Shown here piece after piece: positions 1 through 6,062 of a stretch of DNA of 13,444 nt; position 1 is the stretch's first letter, and each line of letters begins with the position of its first letter. This DNA comes from Escherichia coli. Lineage in GTDB: Bacteria > Pseudomonadota > Gammaproteobacteria > Enterobacterales > Enterobacteriaceae. The position numbers were made by a program, and so were the translations under genes. The notes beneath the pieces are model-generated. The model was not told the DNA's origin. It saw only the letters and a program-made list of their open reading frames with translations, and ran no database searches. The stretch lies in assembly GCF_003334815.1 (NCBI RefSeq), contig NZ_QOWO01000057.1. One strand, given 5' to 3'.

Positions 1-22
1 AGCTGATAGAAACAGAAGCCAC
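1..22 (-). CDS. insA: insA of IS1, first 7 codons only (partial, runs off the window)
   Basis: GTG at 22-20 (minus strand) opens GTG GCT TCT GTT TCT ATC AGC = MASVSIS, the InsA N-terminus of canonical IS1. Confidence 0.8.
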
Positions 23-77
23 TGGAGCACCTCAAAAACACCATCATACGCTAAATCAGTAAGTTGGCAGCATCACC
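1..77 (-). mobile_element. IS1 terminus (IRL-proximal 77 nt); the rest of the element lies off the left edge of the window
   Basis: The reverse complement of 1-77 reads GGTGATGCTGCCAACTTACTGATTTAGCGTATGATGGTGTTTTTGAGGTGCTCCAGTGGCTTCTGTTTCTATCAGCT. I recognise this as the left end of canonical IS1, with one mismatch to the IS1A/IS1R sequence as I remember it. The terminal inverted repeat GGTGATGCTGCCAACTTACTGAT occupies 77->55. Confidence 0.93.
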
Positions 78-898
78 ATATAATTCCATTCACCATTTTT
101 TAATTCAAACAGCTCTGGAAGAGATGACGGTTGCAGAGTCATACGTTTGAGTGGTGCATTTTCATCACCCGGGATAACTTTATATCCCATTTTTGCATGG
201 ATCTCCGCGGTACCGGGATAGGCTTCTATACCAATTATTGGGTCATTACCCAACTCAATATTAGCATTAAGTAATGCGGCAAGGGCGAATCCGGAAGAGT
301 TTGCCACCCCTGAGACAGTCATTATCTGATCAATATAGATATCAATCCTTGGCTGCTCATTGGTCCATCTTTTTGCCTGAGAAGTTGGAAGAGTTGAAAT
401 ATATCCTATCGTGGTTCCGGCGTAACCTGGAACATTGCAACCAGGGCCTAATGTTATTTCATGAACTGTATAGTCCTCAACAGGATCGAAAGGGCTCTTC
501 ATAAATAAATTTAGCCGTAAACCTTCTGCTAATTCTGTAGCAGCATGCGCCTTTTTACATATGCCACCATATATTTCGTCTAAAGCTGAGGTGATTTTCA
601 AGTTTCGATAGAGCATACGTCCTGTTGTTGTAATACCATCGGATTCTCTGCATGCTTCTGTCACATAATTAAATGGCCAAGACTCTTTACTAATATCAAG
701 TTTTCTAATTTCGACAACGCTTTTTCCATCGTAATTATGGTTATTGCCACGAGCAAGAGGCAGAAGATAGATATTTTCCGTATCCAGGCGTGCACGTTCA
801 TATTTACGTGTTAACTCACTGTCGACTTTTGGATGATGAAGGAAGTGATTATCTGTAATAATTTGGCTCTGAAGGGTATTGCTTAATGGCATAGACAT
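56..898 (-). CDS. yjiC: YjiC, uncharacterised protein; the extreme C-terminus is replaced by read-through into the IS1 IRL
   Basis: A 280-codon ORF whose translation I recognise as E. coli YjiC. The start ATG is at 898-896, with AAGG about 8 nt upstream. The IS1 junction (77/78) falls inside the codon at 77-79, so the last residues MVMLPTY plus the stop are specified by IS1 sequence. The gene is visibly AT-rich compared with its neighbours. Confidence 0.85.
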   Translation of the reverse strand: MSMPLSNTLQSQIITDNHFLHHPKVDSELTRKYERARLDTENIYLLPLARGNNHNYDGKSVVEIRKLDISKESWPFNYVTEACRESDGITTTGRMLYRNLKITSALDEIYGGICKKAHAATELAEGLRLNLFMKSPFDPVEDYTVHEITLGPGCNVPGYAGTTIGYISTLPTSQAKRWTNEQPRIDIYIDQIMTVSGVANSSGFALAALLNANIELGNDPIIGIEAYPGTAEIHAKMGYKVIPGDENAPLKRMTLQPSSLPELFELKNGEWNYMVMLPTY

Positions 899-1151
899 AA
901 TAGTTACCTTTTATGAGTATTTCACTGATGTTTAGAAAAATAGATAAATTTTTCTGTAGTAAAATGAGAAGTAAACAAATGACATGCATGTTTCTGTTGT
1001 AGTGATATCAACTCTACACGGTGATATTAAAGGGTAGGAAACACTCTAAAGTATCAAAAAACGCTCATTTGAAATTATTTTCATGCAATTTAAAAGCATA
1101 TCTTATTACTAATTGGAATTTGATGTTGCTATATTGATGTCTATATTAATA

Positions 1152-1253
1152 ATGCCTGTGAATGGTATTTTTGATGTATTTGATATGTTATCAATTTATA
1201 TTATTTACAAACTAATTGTTTCAAATAATACATGGCTGATTATGCGGAAATAA
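1152..1253 (+). CDS. ytiC: Small hydrophobic protein, 33 aa (MPVNGIFDVFDMLSIYIIYKLIVSNNTWLIMRK)
   Basis: I translated this by hand: ATG 1152, TAA 1251-1253. Its position (between yjiC and iraD) and its 33-aa length match the small protein YtiC that I recall from E. coli K-12 ribosome-profiling annotations. The symbol is tentative. The ORF is too short for the supplied ORF track. Confidence 0.5.
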   Translation: MPVNGIFDVFDMLSIYIIYKLIVSNNTWLIMRK

Positions 1254-1375
1254 ATAATTTCACACCGGAATTAAGTAGCGGTGGTGACAAGTATTTTCAT
1301 CTACGTAACTATTCGGAATATTCAGAATATACTAGCGGTTTTTTTTTGAGTTTGATGATTTTTATCAAATCATGA
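1232..1375 (+). CDS. ytiD: Small protein, 47 aa (MADYAEINNFTPELSSGGDKYFHLRNYSEYSEYTSGFFLSLMIFIKS)
   Basis: I translated this by hand: ATG 1232, TGA 1373-1375. It overlaps the 3' end of the ytiC-like ORF by 22 nt in another frame. It contains a T9 run (1339-1347) and has a hydrophobic C-terminal tail. Its position fits K-12 ytiD as I recall it, but the symbol is tentative. Confidence 0.45.
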   Translation: MADYAEINNFTPELSSGGDKYFHLRNYSEYSEYTSGFFLSLMIFIKS

Positions 1376-1490
1376 CTTTTTTCCTGAAAAGTCAGTAGAT
1401 ATTCATAGGCAAGTAAGGTTTTATACTTTGCTGACAGGATTCAGGCCTGTCTCAGACTGACATGGATGTAATGAACAAAAGGGAATGGCT

Positions 1491-1574
1491 ATGGAAAATG
1501 AGCATCAATACAGTGGTGCCCGGTGTTCAGGGCAAGCCGCATATGTTGCTAAACGTCAGGAGTGCGCAAAATGA
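1491..1574 (+). CDS. idlP: iraD leader peptide, 27 aa ([27 protein letters not shown])
   Basis: I translated this by hand. ATG 1491 has AGGGA 7 nt upstream. The stop TGA 1572-1574 overlaps the iraD ATG 1571-1573 as ATGA. The iraD Shine-Dalgarno AGGAG (1558-1562) lies inside this ORF. The sequence and length match IdlP as I remember it. An in-frame ATG at 1485 is too close to the SD to be the likely start. Confidence 0.7.
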   Translation: MENEHQYSGARCSGQAAYVAKRQECAK

Positions 1575-1963
1575 TGCGCCAATCACGTCAGGCTGTTTTA
1601 CCTGAAATTTCAGGCAATAAAACGTCATCGCTGCGTAAATCAATATGTAGCGATCTCCTCACTCTTTTTAATTCTCCTCATTCGGCATTACCGTCATTAC
1701 TTGTTTCAGGCATGCCCGAGTGGCAAGTGCATAACCAGAGCGACAAACATCTCCAGAGCTGGTATTGCCGTCAGCTGCGTTCTGCACTGTTATTTCATGA
1801 GCCACGGATTGCGGCGTTGCAGGTCAATCTGAAAGAAGCGTACAGCCACACGCTGGCGATCAGCCTTGAGATAATGCTGTACCACGACGATGAACCGCTA
1901 ACGTTTGATCTGGTCTGGGATAATGGCGGTTGGCGTAGTGCGACCCTCGAGAATGTCAGCTAA
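1571..1963 (+). CDS. iraD: IraD, anti-adaptor protein that blocks RssB-mediated RpoS degradation (130 aa)
   Basis: The ORF at 1562-1963 translates as ...[23 protein letters not shown]..., which I recognise as IraD (YjiD). I place the start at ATG 1571 (AGGAG 8 nt upstream; gives the 130-aa K-12 length I recall) rather than at the GTG at 1562. Confidence 0.93.
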   Translation: MMRQSRQAVLPEISGNKTSSLRKSICSDLLTLFNSPHSALPSLLVSGMPEWQVHNQSDKHLQSWYCRQLRSALLFHEPRIAALQVNLKEAYSHTLAISLEIMLYHDDEPLTFDLVWDNGGWRSATLENVS

Positions 1964-2867
1964 GTACAATCTCCAGCTCGCGCAGTTCACGCCAGAAGCG
2001 TTCGGCAACTGGATTCATGCGGGTATTCATTCGGTATGCATAGGCCTGAATCGGGATCACCAGTTCGTCCCGATTCAGTACAACGAGCTGCCCGCTGCGA
2101 ATTTCTTGTTGGATGGCGTACTCCGGCAGCCAGGCAATCCCACAGCCGTCGAGGGCAACCTGCTTTAAAAGCTCGCTCATCGAAGAGACAAAAAAGGTGC
2201 TGAAACTTAACTCACTGTGGCGCGTCAGGGTGCGATTAATCAATCGCCCCATGTAGGAGTTGCGGCTGTAATTCAGTAACGGAAAGTGTGGCTGCGCGAG
2301 GTTAAAAAGTGCTTCTCCGTGTTCGTCACTGGCGCAGACAGGGAACAATTGAGATTCAAATAAGCGAATGTGGTCAAACGGCGCTTCCAGCAAATCTTCG
2401 TCGTGAAAGGAAAAAATACAGTCACTTTGCCCTTCACGCAGTTTATCGACCGCTTCATCGACATCAATAGCTTCAATTGCCCAGGTAAAGAGCGGCGGCA
2501 TCTGGCTGATAATGGACGGTAACAGCCCGAGGGAAAGAGAGTGTGCAGCGGCTATTTTAATTTTGCGTTGCGCGTAATCGCTGCCACCACGGAGTTCTGC
2601 AAGGTTGCTCTCTAACTGTTGCAACAGATGGCGGATCTGCGAATGGAATATTTTACCTTGTTCCGAGAGTTGCAGCGGCGTCACCTGGCGGTTAAACAAT
2701 TCAACGCCAATCGCCTGTTCCAGCGCACGGATGCGGCGGCTGAATGCCGGTTGCGAGACGTTGCGACTGACTGCTGCCTGGGAAAAATTGCGGCATTTTT
2801 CCAGGGTCAGAAAATCATAAAGCCATTTAGTTTCAATATTATGCAAAACCGCACCACAGTCATCCAT
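1956..2867 (-). CDS. hypT: HypT (YjiE), LysR-type hypochlorite-responsive transcription factor (303 aa)
   Basis: Full-length ORF with an N-terminal LysR helix-turn-helix ([27 protein letters not shown]). I recognise the sequence as YjiE/HypT. Its stop TGA (1958-1956) overlaps the iraD 3' end. Confidence 0.95.
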   Translation of the reverse strand: MDDCGAVLHNIETKWLYDFLTLEKCRNFSQAAVSRNVSQPAFSRRIRALEQAIGVELFNRQVTPLQLSEQGKIFHSQIRHLLQQLESNLAELRGGSDYAQRKIKIAAAHSLSLGLLPSIISQMPPLFTWAIEAIDVDEAVDKLREGQSDCIFSFHDEDLLEAPFDHIRLFESQLFPVCASDEHGEALFNLAQPHFPLLNYSRNSYMGRLINRTLTRHSELSFSTFFVSSMSELLKQVALDGCGIAWLPEYAIQQEIRSGQLVVLNRDELVIPIQAYAYRMNTRMNPVAERFWRELRELEIVLS

Positions 2868-2879
2868 TACGTTTTACTC

Positions 2880-2926
2880 TGTCAGCCGCCCTTGCGGGCA
2901 TTCTACGTCCATTCGGGCGGCTGACA
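2880..2926. repeat. Perfect 12-bp GC-rich inverted repeat (TGTCAGCCGCCC ... GGGCGGCTGACA) with a 23-nt spacer, between the iadA stop and the hypT start
   Basis: The left arm 2880-2891 and right arm 2915-2926 are exact reverse complements (read by eye). No U-run follows on either strand, so it is not a canonical intrinsic terminator. Confidence 0.7.
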
Positions 2927-2931
2927 ACCGT

Positions 2932-4104
2932 TTATGCCGTTTCAAACGTTCCTTTCACGCAGGCTTTGCCGTCTTTGACCATCAGCTTGCCGCGAGCGTA
3001 TACCTGCTCAATGCGTAATTCTGGCGTCATGACCAGTAAGTCTGCGTCATTGCCTGGCAGAATTTCGCCTTTCCCGCTCAGGTTAAGGAAACCGGCTACG
3101 CTACTGGTGAGCGGGCGCAGGGCATCGCTGATACTGAAATCATAATCTTTGACCAGCACCTGCACGGTTTCCAGCAACGTTTCAAAACCGGCAACACCGA
3201 TATGGGTTAAATTCCCTTCGTCATCGAAGAACGGCTGGCTACCGTTGCCGTCGGAGCTGAGGGTGACGCGTGCCAGCGGAATACCCGCCTGAACGGCGCG
3301 GGCAATACCTTCGGCAGGGGCGACTGGTTCGTCAATGCTGCTGGTGATATCGATGGTGCCGCCTTTGCGCGCGAACTCCAGCGCCTGCTCAAACAACGGA
3401 ACGTTGCGGTTAACGTGGGTCGGCAGCAACTTGCTAATCGGCACATCGCAGTTTTCCAGCAGGTCATAGACAGGCTGTAACGCCTTTTTGCTGTCGCCCA
3501 TGTGGAACACGGTGACGCCAGGTTTACCGCCGAGCAAACCGCCAACGCGGGATTCCGCCGCCATATTAGCCAGGTGATAAACGTCCGGTGCGGCAGAACG
3601 GTGATCAGAGATGGCGCATTTCACGCCAATCACGCGATCGATAATCGCCACGTCTTTTTCCACGGAACCCGTAATAGTGCGGGAAGGGACATGATAAGCG
3701 CCGGTCAGCATCCAGGCGCTGATGCCTTCTTCATTGAGCGCACGGGTCTTGGCGAGCAGGGATTCCGGGTGGCGAGAGATAGAGTCGGTGCCCAGCAGAC
3801 CAACCACTGACGTGACGCCTGCTTCCGTCAGACGACTTAACGCCACTTCCGGCGTGCGCGTCGTGGGACCTGCTTCGCCGCCACCGCCAATCAAATGGAC
3901 GTGTTGATCAATAAAACCTGGGCAGAGGATCTGCCCGCTGAGATCGACAACCGTGCAGTCCGGTACAATGTCAGAAGGGATATTACTGGCAACGGCGATA
4001 ATTTTGCCGTTAGCGACGAGGACATCGCAAATTCCCCGATCTTCCGGCGCATACAAATGCGCTCCCTGCAGCAGGGTAAAACCGGCTGCGGTATAATCAA
4101 TCAT
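2932..4104 (-). CDS. iadA: Isoaspartyl dipeptidase IadA (amidohydrolase superfamily, 390 aa)
   Basis: Full-length ORF with the metal-binding HVHLIGGGGE motif typical of the amidohydrolase fold. I recognise the sequence as E. coli IadA. AGGAG lies 5 nt upstream of ATG 4104. Confidence 0.96.
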   Translation of the reverse strand: MIDYTAAGFTLLQGAHLYAPEDRGICDVLVANGKIIAVASNIPSDIVPDCTVVDLSGQILCPGFIDQHVHLIGGGGEAGPTTRTPEVALSRLTEAGVTSVVGLLGTDSISRHPESLLAKTRALNEEGISAWMLTGAYHVPSRTITGSVEKDVAIIDRVIGVKCAISDHRSAAPDVYHLANMAAESRVGGLLGGKPGVTVFHMGDSKKALQPVYDLLENCDVPISKLLPTHVNRNVPLFEQALEFARKGGTIDITSSIDEPVAPAEGIARAVQAGIPLARVTLSSDGNGSQPFFDDEGNLTHIGVAGFETLLETVQVLVKDYDFSISDALRPLTSSVAGFLNLSGKGEILPGNDADLLVMTPELRIEQVYARGKLMVKDGKACVKGTFETA

Positions 4105-4116
4105 GGTAACTCCTTG

Positions 4117-4578
4117 TTAAACAATAAGCTGCATAACCCAGATCGACAGCAATGCGTTAATCACGCAGACCGTAATGATATGCGGGTAATATTTGGCATT
4201 CACTTCGGCTGTCCCCAGGCAGCGACCGACATTTTGCACCGGGTTGCCCATTAAATACATCGCGGGCAGTAAAACGGTGACATCGTGACCGGTTAATGCG
4301 CCAGCGGTTGCCAGACTGGCGGCAACACCGACTGCGCCACCCATACTCATTAATGCGGCTAAAAGGACGGTTGCCGCTTCACCGGGTAATCCCCACAGCG
4401 CCATTACGGGTTCACAGATATGCCCCACCCAGTCGAGCAGGCCGGTAATTTTCAGCGCCTGAATGATGACAAACGCCATCACCACGTTTGGCAGCAGGTT
4501 GGTCGTGGCGATAGTAAAGCCACGGCGCGCACCATCGATAAACATATCCATGACGTTTTTGCGGACCTGAGTTGTCAT
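4117..4578 (-). CDS. yjiG: YjiG, inner-membrane protein (Gate/nucleoside-recognition-domain family, SpmB-like half), 153 aa
   Basis: A hydrophobic full-length ORF that I recognise as YjiG. Its ATG 4578-4576 overlaps the yjiH stop as ATGA. AGGAG lies 7 nt upstream. Only 12 nt separate its stop from the iadA start. Confidence 0.92.
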   Translation of the reverse strand: MTTQVRKNVMDMFIDGARRGFTIATTNLLPNVVMAFVIIQALKITGLLDWVGHICEPVMALWGLPGEAATVLLAALMSMGGAVGVAASLATAGALTGHDVTVLLPAMYLMGNPVQNVGRCLGTAEVNAKYYPHIITVCVINALLSIWVMQLIV

Positions 4579-5258
4579 GCTTGCGCTCCTTGCGTTGGGT
4601 TGCGACGTTCTTCGAAGTTAAGCCAGACGCGCAAAATGTTGGCTCCGACAAATTTAAACACCAGGATGACTGCTAAAGGTACGATTACGGACGTGCCCAG
4701 AAAGGCAAACACCGCGACGCCGGAAGAGAAGTAGTTGGTGATAATGGCGCTACCGCTGGTTTGATATGCGGCGAAAATCACTTTATCGCGTTCGGTAATT
4801 TCACCTTCCTGCGCCAGCTCTTTGGTCATACCTGCGGCGGCATCGGTGTTTTGCAGGTTAGCGATCAGCGCCAGCGAGCAGATCCCTGGAATGCCCAACA
4901 ACGGTTTTAGCACTGGCGTCATTAACTGCTGCGCGGCGCGTAATCCGCCAAGACCATCGGTAATTGAAATAATCCCCAGAGAGAGAATGACTGACGGTGC
5001 CAGCTCCAGCGCAAAGAGAAAGCCATCTTTAGCCCCCGCGCCACCCGCGCCGCGAAACGAGGTGGTGGCTCCGTTCGCACCAGGCAGTTGCCCAAACGAT
5101 CCGTTCAGAACGGAAAAATCAAAAACGCGCCACCAACTGTCTGTCCCGGAAAAAACACCGGAAAAAAAGATTATGGTGAGAAAAAAAGCCAGATACCCTT
5201 TAATGCCCACTTTTTCTGTCGCCAGCTCCCCGGCTACAGCATCCCCTTGTTGTGTCAT
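4575..5258 (-). CDS. yjiH: YjiH, inner-membrane protein (Gate/nucleoside-recognition-domain family, SpmA-like half), 227 aa
   Basis: The ORF spans 4575-5270. I place the start at ATG 5258 (GGGGA 5 nt upstream; gives the 227-aa K-12 length I recall). It is a multi-pass hydrophobic protein that I recognise as YjiH. Confidence 0.9.
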   Translation of the reverse strand: MTQQGDAVAGELATEKVGIKGYLAFFLTIIFFSGVFSGTDSWWRVFDFSVLNGSFGQLPGANGATTSFRGAGGAGAKDGFLFALELAPSVILSLGIISITDGLGGLRAAQQLMTPVLKPLLGIPGICSLALIANLQNTDAAAGMTKELAQEGEITERDKVIFAAYQTSGSAIITNYFSSGVAVFAFLGTSVIVPLAVILVFKFVGANILRVWLNFEERRNPTQGAQA

Positions 5259-5299
5259 AACAATCCCCATTGTTTTTTTGTGTTTGTGTGTTGCTTGAG

Positions 5300-5315
5300 C
5301 CAGGAAAATTCCTGG
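5300..5315. promoter_or_regulatory. Near-perfect palindrome CCAGGAA-AA-TTCCTGG in the yjiH/kptA divergent intergenic region
   Basis: It has 7-bp arms and a 2-bp centre, and sits 42 nt upstream of the yjiH start. It could be a protein operator or a 5'-UTR hairpin of the yjiH mRNA. I know of no binding factor. Confidence 0.25.
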
Positions 5316-5507
5316 AGCTGAAAAACCTTATCAGCCATGTGGGTATGGGGAAAATGCAAGTATGTTTCTGACTATGCGTTTTTTGCATAGCGGTAAAATT
5401 ACGCTGTGTGGAAAAGGTTCTACGCAGGATTGAGTTGCAGAAAATTCATAAACCCAGTGACAATGACATAGTAAATAAAAAACAGATAATCCAGGGACGA
5501 AAACGCG

Positions 5508-6062
5508 ATGGCAAAGTACAACGAAAAAGAGCTGGCGGATACGAGCAAGTTTTTAAGTTTTGTCCTCCGACACAAACCGGAGGCGATTGGTATCGTACTG
5601 GACCGTGAAGGATGGGCGGATATCGATAAGCTCATACTTTGTGCCCAAAAAGCGGGCAAGCGGTTAACCCGTGCATTGCTGGATACCGTGGTTGCCACCA
5701 GCGATAAAAAGCGTTTTAGTTATTCCAGTGATGGTAGGTGCATCCGCGCGGTTCAGGGGCATTCGACTTCGCAGGTCGCTATTTCCTTTGCCGAAAAAAC
5801 ACCGCCACAGTTTCTCTACCACGGTACGGCAAGCCGTTTCCTTGACGAGATAAAAAAACAGGGGCTGATTGCAGGTGAGCGTCACTACGTACATCTCTCT
5901 GCTGATGAAGCAACGGCACGCAAAGTGGGAGCAAGACACGGATCGCCGGTTATTTTAACCGTCAAAGCACAGGAAATGGCGAAACGAGGCCTCCCTTTCT
6001 GGCAAGCGGAAAACGGGGTCTGGCTGACATCAACGGTTGCGGTCGAATTTCTTGAGTGGTAA
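5508..6062 (+). CDS. kptA: KptA, RNA 2'-phosphotransferase (Tpt1 family), 184 aa
   Basis: Full-length ORF that I recognise as E. coli KptA. It contains Tpt1-family conserved blocks ([22 protein letters not shown]). AGGGA lies 10 nt upstream of ATG 5508. Confidence 0.95.
   Translation: MAKYNEKELADTSKFLSFVLRHKPEAIGIVLDREGWADIDKLILCAQKAGKRLTRALLDTVVATSDKKRFSYSSDGRCIRAVQGHSTSQVAISFAEKTPPQFLYHGTASRFLDEIKKQGLIAGERHYVHLSADEATARKVGARHGSPVILTVKAQEMAKRGLPFWQAENGVWLTSTVAVEFLEW
5695..5702 (-). other. Chi site (5'-GCTGGTGG-3' on the minus strand)
   Basis: Exact octamer; the plus strand reads CCACCAGC. It lies inside kptA. Confidence 0.9.

Noticed and set aside
1462-1605. A third-frame 47-codon ORF ([19 protein letters not shown]...) overlapping idlP and the iraD start
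   Set aside because: It has no SD-like sequence at a suitable distance, and it overlaps two better-supported frames. Open frames are expected by chance in short stretches. It could still be translated, but I cannot support it from sequence alone.
5139-5185. Three T6-T7 tracts (minus strand) within 45 nt of the yjiH 5' coding region, plus a CCGGAAAAAA direct repeat, considered as a phase-variation switch
   Set aside because: The tracts simply encode the Phe-rich TM segment AFFLTIIFFSGVFSG. They are shorter than the roughly 9-nt runs known to slip efficiently, and the reading frame is intact.
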